Part shown: positions 52,592-64,000 of the stretch, piece after piece
Layout: each line of letters begins with the position of its first letter
Numbering within the stretch: position 1 is the first letter of the stretch
DNA from: Hormiphora californensis
Lineage: Eukaryota > Animalia > Ctenophora
Length of the DNA: 64,000 nucleotides
Direction: 5' to 3'
Assembly: GCA_020137815.1 (NCBI GenBank)
Contig: CM035358.1
Location: 7,316,001-7,380,000 of the forward strand
Notes under the pieces: model-generated
Told to the model about the DNA's origin: nothing
Database searches by the model: none
What the model saw: only the letters and a program-made list of their open reading frames with translations
Translations under genes and position numbers: made by a program

Positions 52592-52965
52592 AATATGGGG
52601 GGGGGGGGGGGGGGGGGGCAAGGCCAAAAAAAGCCAGATCAATCCAGGATTTTAGGGCGGGTCTGGCTTTTTTTGGCTTTTTTGGCCCTACTTTTTTGGT
52701 CATTTTGGCATGTAATTCTGACATTATATGGTCTGTTTGACATTAAAAACACTTTAAAATGGCTTCTTTGATCTAGTTTTACCATTTTATATCGATAGGG
52801 AAAAAATTTTCATACCGAAAAAAGTTTGATATAAAAAAGCCAGATCAAAAAAAGCCAGATCAAAAAAAGCCAGATCAAAAAAAGCCAAAATAAGCCAGAT
52901 CAGACCCGGATTTCAGGGCGGGTTTGGCTTTTTTTGGCCTTGGCCCCCCCCCCCCCCCCCAATAT
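52592..52965. mobile_element. MITE with poly-G/poly-C TIRs and aaaaaagccagatc subrepeats
   Basis: g(n)caaggccaaaaaaagcca ... tggctttttttggccttggc(n). Confidence 0.65.
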
Positions 52966-53142
52966 TAATATATTAGAATATTATTATATATAATATACTC
53001 CCGCACGTGTACTTGGCGGAACTGATCACTTTTGTGGATTAGGCATTAACATAGGATTTTCAAAAATTATGGACAACACAGATCTGACTTCCCGGTAGAG
53101 TAACGAAAGAAAATAGGAACAGAAAACAGAGTAAAAGGAGAA

Positions 53143-53266
<124 letters not shown>

Positions 53267-54226
53267 CTTCCATTTTTTTACTCGACCCTGTTTCACCGTA
53301 GGGCGTAGGGTTAGAACAGACGTTTTCCATCTTTATCCTACTACCCTTTAGAAACCAATGCATGAGTGATGGGTGCATTACTTATTAAACTTTCCCGCTT
53401 ACTGTTACAGCAAACGCAGAGGCTAAAGATAACAGTTTGACAGTGAAATAAAAATCAATGTTATTCCTGCCGAGCTGCATTACGTTTATGAGTTCTCTAT
53501 CAGTTAGTCGTTGTAGCAACTTCTTTTGTTTGCCAGCCTGTTGCTTCAATTGATTTTTTGAAAATGTGTGGTAACTACAATGAAAGGTAATTGAATATTG
53601 TTGCTGGAGCTGTGAAATGCTCTGTTTGTCTATAAGTATCAAACTAATACTATAGTATATTATATTGTGTGATTTCACGAATTATTGAATCAATTAATTG
53701 ACCAAACGGCTTTTTTGAGTCGCATACAATGAGATAGACTTCAGAGGACTCGCTGTTTCTTTCAGGAGAACACAGAACAGGACGGTTTCGACGTGTAAAG
53801 TCATCATCAAATTAATTTGTTTTATAGTAATGTTGAAAAGTTTGAAACTGTTTAAAACAGTCCCGTTCCATTGTATATTTTCCTGAAATAACTAACGAGT
53901 CGCTGAAAACCCATTCATTTTATCCCGGAATAGGGTCCGCTAACCCCCCCCTTCTTTCTTTTTTCTCCCCCCTTCTTTTTCCCTACATCAACCCCCCCTT
54001 TTTAAAATTTTTTTTTCAGTGGATTTTTCGCTCTCTCCCCCAAAAAAAATTTCAGGGAAAATCTTGTTGAAAGAAAAATAAAAAAAAAATCTTTTCCTAC
54101 ACACAATTTTTATTTTATATTTAGTGATTTTTTGGGGTTGTATTCTTGTTATAAAAAAACGGAGACAATTTGGGGGAAAAAAAATTTTTTAAAAGTTTTG
54201 ATAATAATTTGGGGACCCCGATTTGG

Positions 54227-54326
54227 NNNNNNNNNNNNNNNNNNNNNNNNNNNNNNNNNNNNNNNNNNNNNNNNNNNNNNNNNNNNNNNNNNNNNNNNNN
54301 NNNNNNNNNNNNNNNNNNNNNNNNNN
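54227..54326. other. Assembly gap (100 N)
   Basis: N run; the sequence just upstream (~53900-54226) also looks low quality. Confidence 0.99.
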
Positions 54327-54329
54327 CAT

Positions 54330-55400
54330 ACATATGTTGCCTAAATTTCATAATCAGTTAGATTACGATACATTGCAGTGGGACTAAAAGTTCTACTAAA
54401 GTTTTGTCAAATATTAACTGGTGTATTAATTAATTAATGATACTAAAAAGAGAAGACAAATTTTGTGTAAATTTAAGAAGTATGAGACCTATTGGATTGC
54501 AAACAACAAAGAGTGTTTTGGTAAGTGTTTTAGATTATTTAAATAATAATCTATGGCACAACTATTACTTCCTTTGATAAAAAAATTGTATACTAATATA
54601 CCTCATAAAGATGTGATTGATAATTAGTTTGTTAGTACAAAGTTTTTTGATTTAAAAAGTGTGATTAAAGTTTTGTGTATCTAAAAGTTATAATGCTTCG
54701 TGAGTTCTAGAAAAATGTTAAATGGTGCTTTACGTGTGATGATATTATAGATATGTTTTCATTTTTAATTAATAATATTTTTGTTAAGTATGAGAGTGAC
54801 ATTTCAAACAAGTGATTGGTATTCCAATGGGTTGTGATTGTGCCCTCAGATAGCAGACTATACTTGTATTTTTATGAAAATGAATTTATATTAAATACGT
54901 CAGAAGCAGATAATAATATTGTGAAAGAGTTAAGTTTTTGTAAAAGATATATTGATGACCTAGCTGCTCCTAATATTAACAAGAATGCATCTATTATTTG
55001 TAATGATATTTATCCTAAGGATCTAAAATTGTACCTACTAATTCAAGTGATAATATTCGACCTTTCTAGATTTAGACATTAGTATAAATAGTAAATTTCA
55101 TTGGAAACTCTATGACAAAAGAAGAGACTTCAAATTCTCGGTAATTACTTTTCCTAATCTTAACTCTAAATTAGAAATCGTTATCTATATGGTGTTTTGA
55201 TTGGTGAATTGTATAGAATTTGCAAATCATCTTCTGATGCTAATAGTTTTATTTCAGATTGTTAGAATTTTAATAGATAAGTTAATTACCAGAGTTATGA
55301 GTTAAATTTAGTTAAAATTCCATTAATAAGTTCATTCGTAGAAACCATCATGTTTAAACAGATTCTGGTATGATTTTAAAGTAACCGATTTTGTCTAAGT
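54330..55400 (+). mobile_element. Degenerate Penelope-like retroelement RT
   Basis: Frameshifted motifs LYTNIPH, QVIGIPMGCDCA, RYIDD, FLDLDI, KLYDKRRDF, YGVLIGELYRI; AT-rich. Confidence 0.8.
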
Positions 55401-55590
55401 GTAATATTTTATATATGTGTGTTGATAATTTTATCCTTTAATTGTAGTGCTAGATTTATAATTTATTAATTGGTTGTTGTATTTGTGTTTCTCCTATGTA
55501 TTAGTTAGCTACATATCTGTATGATTTATTCTAACCAAATGTGTTGTAGGATGCTTATTGTATTGGGGAAATGAGCCATTCGAATTAAAT

Positions 55591-56486
55591 TAGGAGCCGG
55601 CGATATATATCGATATCGAATGGAATATCGATATTTCGATTCGATAATATCGAATCGATATCGAATCGAGCAATTTTTTTCCCGAAATATCGAATCGATA
55701 TCGAATCGAAAATTTTTCGATACCAAAATATCGAATCGATATCGAATCGAAATTTTTCGATATCAAAATATCGAATATATCGAATCGAAATTTTTTCGAT
55801 ATCAAAATATCGAATCGATATCGAATCGGAATTTTTTCGATATAAAATATCGAATCGATATCGAATCGAAATTTTTCGATATCAAATATCGAATCGATAT
55901 CGAATCGAAAATTTTTCGATGCCAAAATATCGAATCGATATCGAATCGAAAATTTTTCGATATCAAAATATCGAATCGATATCGAATCGGAAAATTTCGA
56001 TACAAAATATCGAATCGATATCGAATCGAATTTTTTTCGTATCAAAATATCGAATCGATATCGAATCGAAATTTTTCGATATCAAATATCGAATCGATAT
56101 CGAATCGAAATTTTTTCGATATCAAAATATCGAATCGATATCGAATCGAAATTTTTTCGATATCAAAATATCGAATCGATATCGAATCGAAATTTTTTCG
56201 ATATCAAAATATCGAATCGATATCGAATCGAATTTTTTCGATATCAAATATCGAATCGATATCGATCGAAATTTTTTCGATATCAAAATATCGAATCGAT
56301 ATCGAATCGAAAAATTCTCGTATCAAATATCGAATCGATATCGAATCGATTTTTTTTCGATAACAAAATATCGAATCGATATCGAATCGAAAAATTTTCG
56401 ATATCAAAATATCGAATCAATATCGAATCAATATTATTTCGATATCAAAATATCGAATCGATATCTAATCGAAAATTTTCGATATT

Positions 56487-56528
<42 letters not shown>

Positions 56529-56829
56529 TCTTCTCTCTCTTCTTTCTCTCTCTGTCTCTCTGTCTCTCTCTCTCTCTCTCACTCTCTCACAGTAGTACTC
56601 ACTGAGGGTGCTATTCATTTAAGTTTCTTCTTTTCATTTATTTCATAATAATTGCCTCTTTGTTTGCTATATTGTTCCTGTTGATGATAAACAAGACCAG
56701 CAGGAACTTTACTACGGGTCCATTCCCATTTGGATTCCAACTACTTCAGCTAAACCTGGTCACAGGTACTCACAGGTACTCTCTCTCTCTCTTTTCTCTC
56801 CCCCCTCTCACTCTCTCTTTCTCTATCTT

Positions 56830-56865
<36 letters not shown>

Positions 56866-57864
56866 GTATCTCTCTTCCTTGATGTTGGGTTCTCTCTTAC
56901 AAGCCTCTCTCTCTGACTTCTTTTTTCTCTCTCTCTCTCTCTCTCTCTCGCTCTCTCTCTCGCTCTCTCTCTCTCGAATCGATATCGAATCAAGTGATTT
57001 TCTTCCCAAAATATCGAATCGATATCGAATCGGAAATTTTTCGATATCAAAATATCGAATCGGAAATTTTTCGATATCAAAATATCGAATCGTATCGAAT
57101 CGATATTTTTTCGATATCAAAATATCGAATCGATATCGAATCGAAAATTTTTCGATATCAAATATCGAATCGATATCGAATCGAAAATTTTTCGATATCA
57201 AATATCGAATCGATATCGAATCGGAAATTTTTCGATATCAAAATATCGAATCGATATCGAATCGAAAAATTTTCGATTTCAAATATCGAATCATATCGAA
57301 TCGAAAATTTTCGATATTAAAATATCGAATCGATATCGAATCGATATTTTTTTCGATATCAAAATATCGAATCGATATCGAATCGATATTTTTTCGATAT
57401 CAAAATATTGAATCGATATCGAATCGAAAATTTTCGATATAAAATATCGAATCGATATCGAATCGAATTTTTTTCGATATCGAAATATCGAATCGAAAAT
57501 CGAAAATGATTTTTTTTTCGATATCAAAATATCGAATCGATATCGAATCGATTTTTTTCGATATCAAAATATCGAATCGATATCGAATCGAATTTTTTTC
57601 GATATCAAAATATCGAATCGATATCGAATCGATTTTTTTTCGATATCAAAATATCGAATCGATATCGAATCGAAAAATTTCGATATTAAAATATCGAATC
57701 GATATCGAATCGAAATTTTTTTGATATCAAAATATCGAATCGATATCGAATCGAAAAATTTTCGATAACAAAATATCGAATCGATATCGAATCGAAAATT
57801 TTCGATTGTCAAAAAAAATCGATATCGAATCGAAAAAAAAAAATCGGGATATCGCCGGCTCCTA
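55591..57864. mobile_element. hAT-like non-autonomous element filled with a ~40-bp atatcgaatcgatatcgaatcg satellite
   Basis: TIR TAGGAGCCGGCGATAT / ATATCGCCGGCTCCTA with 8-bp TSD AATTAAAT (55583-55590, 57865-57872). Array interrupted by a CT-rich segment at 56490-56975. Confidence 0.9.
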
Positions 57865-57924
57865 AATTAAATTCAACTGTGGTGGCAATGCCACAGCCCC
57901 AAAAGTCACCGTGTTTTCTTTTAT

Positions 57925-60388
57925 AATATGAAAATGGATCATGTATTATAAAGACTTCTTCGTGTGTTTACTGATAGCAGGTGTGTCACTATAAATCCAA
58001 ATCTATAAGGCCCAAGATCACAATAATTCGCTTCATAAAAGGCATTATTGACAACTTTTTATCAGGTATAAGTACCCTTGCAACAAACTTCTGCAGAATA
58101 TTACAATAGATAAATTCAATCAGGGCATGAAATTGAATTATATTCAAACTGTTAAATTAAGAGTGTGTAGATTAGAAAAGGACTATACGATCCTGGATTT
58201 ATTCATTGCGGGAATGTTGAGAACAAGCAGCCTTGTAAGCAACGTGTTGAGCTGCGGGTCCTCAAGATTTGAATATATGTTTAGTTGTGATAAGCACACA
58301 TTCCCCTAGTTACATCAATACAGTCAAAGGGGGTATTAAATATGCGGTCAAGGCCTTGACGGAACCAATCATCGGTAGTTGGCCGGCCAGTTGGGCTTCT
58401 ATAAGCGAGGATTGAGAGGAATCATGGTATACACTTGTCAGGCGCTGACTATGCAGTACTGTATTCTCTAGCGTGGGTCCCAGGACCCTTCTATACAGTT
58501 CAATACGACCAAAAACTTAATCAATTTGAATTGTGTTGAAACACATCCCAATTATACAAGGTATCAGCTGTTAAGGGTACACCTGGCGTTTTTCATCATC
58601 GAGTGCCCAACCAAATGACTTCACCAGGGTTTAGGCCATACAAAATGGACCTCAAATATGCAATTTTAGCCCTAAAGTCGAATTCATATTTTTGCTACAG
58701 CCTATTTTCAAAGTGGCGTTTTTTCAATTTTTGGTGGAATTTTTAACCTCAGGACCACTTTTTTTGAGATAGAAACATTAAATTCTTGGAATTTGAAGAG
58801 AATATAAAGGTAAATAAGCCCAAAGAAGGATTTTTGAAATGGAGCTTATTTCTGGCCATGAGAACGGTTTACTTTTTTGCTTCTTTGACACGGTGGCTGA
58901 GAATGTTCCCATGCTTCATTAGAGATGAAAATCTGGAAATAGTTGCTCAAAACGATTATCTATGTGGCCCAAAAATTTTGGAACTTTCCCGCCAAAGATG
59001 TGGTGTACAGGGCTTGTTTTGTGAAACCCATCTTTTTGAAAAAGAGGGAAATTCCCTGTATCTCAAAAACGGATGATCGTAGAGACCTGCGACCAAGCTT
59101 AATCGATTCAGAAGGTCCGATTTTGGGGGGGTCTTCTGAGAGACATTTTGCTCCTACTCCAACCGTTTTTGCTGTACTTGCAAAAAACCAATTCTATGAA
59201 AAGGGGGAACAACTCTATTCCAGTAGCCTGCTTCGGGCTGATTTCCCCCTTACTTACTGATACCTTTTTCGCAATTACAGCAAAAACGGTTGGAGTAGGA
59301 GCAAAATGTCTCTCAGAAGACCCCCCCAAAATCGGACCTTCTGAATCGATTAAGCTTGGTCGCAGGTCTCTACGATCATCCGTTTTTGAGATACAGGGAA
59401 TTTCCCTCTTTTTCAAAAAGATGGGTTTCACAAAACAAGCCCTGTACACCACATCTTTGGCGGGAAAGTTCCAAAATTTTTGGGCCACATAGATAATCGT
59501 TTTGAGCAACTATTTCCAGATTTTCATCTCTAATGAAGCATGGGAACATTCTCAGCCACCGTGTCAAAGAAGCAAAAAAGTAAACCGTTCTCATGGCCAG
59601 AAATAAGCTCCATTTCAAAAATCCTTCTTTGGGCTTATTTACCTTTATATTCTCTTCAAATTCCAAGAATTTAATGTTTCTATCTCAAAAAAAGTGGTCC
59701 TGAGGTTAAAAATTCCACCAAAAATTGAAAAAACGCCACTTTGAAAATAGGCTGTAGCAAAAATATGAATTCGACTTTAGGGCTAAAATTGCATATTTGA
59801 GGTCCATTTTGTATGGCCTAAACCCTGGTGAAGTCATTTGGTTGGGCACTCGATGATGAAAAACGCCAGGTGTACCCTTAATATATGTAAGAGATCCGTT
59901 TTCTGTCAGTTTCATAGCTGTCGTTTCGCTTCAGTTCGTAAGCTCAGCCCTATTCATACTTTTCTTTTTTAAATCCAACCAATATCAAAGCTCAAAAATC
60001 GGCTACACTTATTCAACATTAAGAAATAATTTAATTCGACTTCTTACATTCCTTCCAATTCTACTGTTCCAATTCCCTCTGTCATCGCGATGCCTCCTCC
60101 GTGCATCTTGTCCATTTTGTCCACACTGACCACTGATTTCAGCTATTCACTTCTCCAGTCCGTGTTTCTTCGTTTGCTATTCACTTCTCCAGTCGGTGTT
60201 TCTTCGTTTGCTATTCACTCCTCCAGTCCGTGTTTCTTCGTTTGCTTGAGAAGGCACATTGGGAGATGGGAGGTGAGAGAAGGCGATGGACCCCCACCAC
60301 ATTCAATCCTCCTCCTCCTCCACCGCCGGGCTGATATTTTAGAGATGCTCCTGGGAGGGAATAGGGAATTTATGAGATAGCAATTTAT
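57925..60388 (-). repeat. Inverted homologue of 43265-44360, split by the 58575-59877 element
   Basis: Reverse-complement similarity on both sides of the palindrome. Confidence 0.7.
58575..59877. mobile_element. Young palindromic Kolobok-like element (TTAA TSD)
   Basis: TTAA|GGGTACACCTGGCG ... CGCCAGGTGTACCC|TTAA. The ~600-bp arms are essentially identical (mirror ORFs match), with a short spacer. Confidence 0.9.
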
Positions 60389-61600
60389 CAGGAAGCGACC
60401 GAATATTCGGTTCGGTTCGGTTCGGTTCGGAAATTCGGTGTTTTTTGGGCGGTTCGGTTCGGTTCGGTTCGGTAGGAAATTTTGGCCGAACCACCGAATT
60501 TTTTGGTCAAAAAATGCCCAGAAATCGGGCTTTTTCATGCAAAATTTTTCAATTATTTCACGAAAATTGTATGGATTTCAATGTCAATTTCGCCGTATTA
60601 ACCCTATTTTGAATCGGTGGTGCTATGTGGTAATGATTTCGCTAGTTAGCGGGTTCGATATGGATTGATTTGATACCTGACTTCCCGCCAAATCGTGTCC
60701 TCATGAGAGGGTCAACAAATTCAGAAACTTTTTTTTCAAAATATTCATGGAGAGCAACGATCAAGGTGTTAAGAATCATTCTCTGAAATTTTGTAAAAAA
60801 GTTTGGAAAATATTTCAAAGTCAATTTTGTGAAAAAATTTTCAAAGTCAATTTCATGGAAAATTTTCTATGTCAATTTTTGCGTACGAATCGTGTTTCGA
60901 ATCGGTATTGCTAAGCGGGTGTGATGTTGCTAATTAGTGGGTCCGAGATGGATTATGCAGATACGTGATCCCCCATCAAATCTAATTAGGAAGTTTAGGG
61001 GAAACGATTCATGTTTCAATAAATCCTGCTAATTAGCGAGAGCACTGCCGCATAGCATCACCGATTCGCAACACGATTCGTACGGCAAAATTGACATAGA
61101 ATTTTTTTCCCGAAATTGACTTTGAAATATTTTACAAAGTTTTTTCACAAAATTAAATGTTTCTCTAAAAATTCATGGAGAGCATCGATCAAGGTATTGA
61201 GAATCATTACCTGAAATTTTGTGAAATTTTGTTTGTGAAAAATATTTTAAGTAAATTATGGTATACGAATCGTGTTTCTAATCGGCAATGCTAAGCGGGA
61301 GTGATTTTGGTAATTAGTGGTCCGAGATGGATTGTGCTGATACGTGATCCCCCATCAAATCTAATTAGGGAATTTAGAGAGACACGATTCATGGTTTGTT
61401 TAATCCTGCTAATTAGCAATACCATTCTCGTATAGCATTGCCGATTCGAAACACGATTCGTACGCAAAAATTGACATAGAAAATTTACGATAAAATTGAC
61501 TTTGAAAATTTTTTCACAAAATTGACTTTGAAATTTTTTCAAACATTTTTTAACAAAATTTCAGAGAATGATTCTCAATACCTTGATCGGTGCTCTCCAT
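60389..61600. mobile_element. Composite non-autonomous element(s): CAGG-start with (GGTTC)n subterminal repeats, then tandem/inverted ~430-bp units
   Basis: caggaagcgaccgaatattcggttcgg... The unit atggagagca..gatcaagg..agaatcatt occurs at ~60747 and ~61175, and inverted ending at ~61600. Confidence 0.6.
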
Positions 61601-62331
61601 CTATCTATCTATCTATCTACGGAGTGCCTGGGCTTGCCAACGGCAAGCCCACAGGGGACTATCGCAAAGCGATATCGCCGGCACTAGGAGAATAGCCCCC
61701 CTCCCCTCCCCCACCATCAGGAACTGCCCACAGGACAGGTTCCATTATAGGTGGCTTCGGGTTCGGGAGGGTAAACTCCTTCGAGAGTCGCAGGATATTG
61801 ATTCTTCTTCTCTATGAGTCTTGGATCTTTGGCTCTCTATCCCTGCGACAGGTGGGGATAAGTTCTTCTAATCTTTCTCTTGGTTCTTGAGTTTATTTGC
61901 TTTCTCGATTAGCTTGATGGCTACCGCGATATATATTATATGTGTAATGTGAGACCTATCTGTCTGATTAGGATCAATTAAGTCCGATTAGGTTAGAAGG
62001 CTGAACTAGCAAGTAAAGGATTTGTTCTCAGTCAACAGTTTTGTCTAGTATGTATATATTGGTGGTGGGCGGGGCGGTTCGGGGCGGGTGGAGGGTATCG
62101 CGTAGTGGGGGGAGAGAGAGAGAACGAATCTTGAACTATAGAAGGGGAGAGAGAGAGAGAGAGTTAATCTCATGCGAGTGAGAGAGAAATTTTGCGGGAA
62201 ATTGAGAGATATAGAGATAAAATAGTTGCTGTTTTGTTCTCTTACTGTGAGAGAAGAAGAGAAGAAGAGAGGACTTAATAGAGGTTAAATGTAAACTATG
62301 GTTTAGTCGCTGGTATAGAGGCTACAACAAA

Positions 62332-62431
62332 ATGATGTGCTGTCGCACCGTACCATTGTTGCCATGGTGACGAAAGGGGGTCTACAGGATAATGAGGTGA
62401 TGATAATCACCGCGGTGCGACAGCACATCAT
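62332..62431. repeat. 100-bp element with 19-bp inverted ends
   Basis: atgatgtgctgtcgcaccg ... cggtgcgacagcacatcat. Confidence 0.65.
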
Positions 62432-62835
62432 AGTTTAAACACATTCCCATACGGTCCCGTAATCTAATTAAGGGTAGTACTGTTACACAATAGTATTGCT
62501 ATGGCTTCGTTTAAAGATCCTGTCATTGGTTAAAACATCGTCATGTGACATTCCCATGTGATACACTTTTACCCAATAGAATGATCCTATTATCCAATCC
62601 CTAGGGATTTCAAAATGCCCTTTTATGGACGCTACAGCCTACACCACCCCTTGGTGTACCGAGATTTAGTACATGGTGTAGAACCAACAAATTATTACAA
62701 CAAATTATTATGTGCATTTCATTTAGACAAAATAACAAGATGCTTTAGATGTGTAGAACATCAATTTTAGTATATAAATATACATGGCAGATATAATTTT
62801 AATACAAATTAATTAAAAAGTGTGGCATTCACTGT

Positions 62836-64000
62836 TTATTTTTAACCTCACTACCCTTGACAGTTTGTGCTGCAGTTTCGGTTTCAGTTTCGGTTTCAGT
62901 TTCGGTCGGTAATTGCAGTTTACTCTTCTGGAGATTGACTAGACAGCAGGACACCTTCGCAATGGCTGATACATGTGATAACATGCTATCCTCAACTTTT
63001 TTCCCAAACAGTGAATATGACTTGGCGTATCTAAAAAAATATATTATTATTCGTGGGATTCATGTACCAATATTTACTAGCATTAAAGATGTTGACTTTG
63101 TTATTAGGTTAGATCGAGCCTTACCCTATGAATCGCTCCACATGAATCCTGATCTGTGATATAGCGAAGCTCCGCTCGTTTTCAGCAGGGGTGTATTGTC
63201 TTCTACCGCTTCCGCCTCGCAGTGAAGATGGAATATTTACTGTCACACCTAAAATAAGGAAATTATAAGATATTGGAAATACTTTACACACTATTACATT
63301 ATATAATTACAGGGTTAGATAAATAGTTGCCTGGCTAGACTGTGTTTCGGGCGCCCCGGAGTTTTACGTACCTTCTGGTACAACATCATGGATATCGAAA
63401 CCCTTGTCTACCATTTATGTTGTCCCCTGGCTGAACCCCAACATCTGTACAAAAGTTACACGCAACAAACAACTCCTTGTCGCTAGTGCTTCCAGGGTAT
63501 GCCTTACTGATGTAGGCTAGTGCTCCGTCTGGAGTGGTCGCGATGAGAAACTTGACAGTGTGCCTTTCTAAAATAGTTATTTCAGTTAGTACTGAAAACG
63601 AAACTATTATTATATTAACTAACCAATTACGTACAGTCGGACCCCGATTTAGTGGCACCCCGATTTAGGGACAGGATTTTTCCCCCCGATATAGGAAATT
63701 AACCTTATATTAGTTGACCCCGATTTAGTGGACACCCCGATTTAGTGGACAAGAGCCTTTCCCCCAGGGTGTTCCTAAATCGGGGTCCGACTGTAGTTAG
63801 TTTGCTCACCTTTGTAACTAGACCAATAAAGAGCTTTCTTGTCGAAGTTTTTTGGCTGTTCAATCTCGACCTGGAAATAATCGAGGTATTGAAGTGAAAG
63901 ACTCACAAAGATAATTTTGCCTTGTTTTGCCTTTACACACTACATACCTCTGTACAGTCAACTAATAGCCGAGTTGTTGGAAACTGCCTTAAAAGTACAG
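62836..64000 (-). CDS. Intron-containing ISL2EU/Harbinger-type DDE transposase (3' part; continues beyond the window), with one +1 frameshift
   Basis: Spliced product FPTTRLLVDCTE|VEIEQPKNFDKKALYWSSYK|ERHTVKFLIATTPDG...GSTSD...PGDNI/MVDKGFDI|...RIHVERFIG|...VSCCLVNLQ. All three catalytic D/D/E motifs are present. Confidence 0.85.
63634..63793. mobile_element. pogo/Tc1-mariner-like MITE (TA TSD) in the transposase intron
   Basis: TA|CAGTCGGACCCCGATTTAG ... CTAAATCGGGGTCCGACTG|TA. Related fragment at ~24141-24230. Confidence 0.85.

Noticed and set aside
55590-57812. Long ORFs and CRISPR-like periodicity
   Set aside because: Satellite units with no unique spacers and no cas genes, in a eukaryotic context bounded by hAT TIRs.
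58786-59666. Identical ORFs on opposite strands
   Set aside because: Palindrome arms of a non-autonomous element.

Overview
Eukaryotic (animal) genomic DNA: gene-dense, short GT-AG introns, many non-autonomous DNA transposons, microsatellites, one 100-N gap and a visibly error-rich stretch (~44.6-49.7 kb). An invertebrate is likely; a ctenophore is my unproven guess. The main structure is a tight minus-strand cluster of unrelated genes: secreted Cys-rich/two-kringle protein > SNU13 > H6PD (G6PD-6PGL fusion, frameshifted 5' part) > NIPBL/SCC2 (with intronic tRNA-Ser) > RPS13 > INIP/SOSS-C. Stop-to-ATG gaps are only ~220-640 bp, and there is a splice-acceptor-like site upstream of each ATG, as expected for an SL trans-spliced operon. 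Other highlights are a box C/D motif in the SNU13 3' UTR, an intron-containing ISL2EU/Harbinger-type transposase, repeated duplication of splice junctions, a spliced orphan gene, and palindromic elements of several superfamilies (Chapaev-, Kolobok-, hAT-, Merlin-, Helentron-, pogo-like). Exon models were read by eye; repeat boundaries are approximate.
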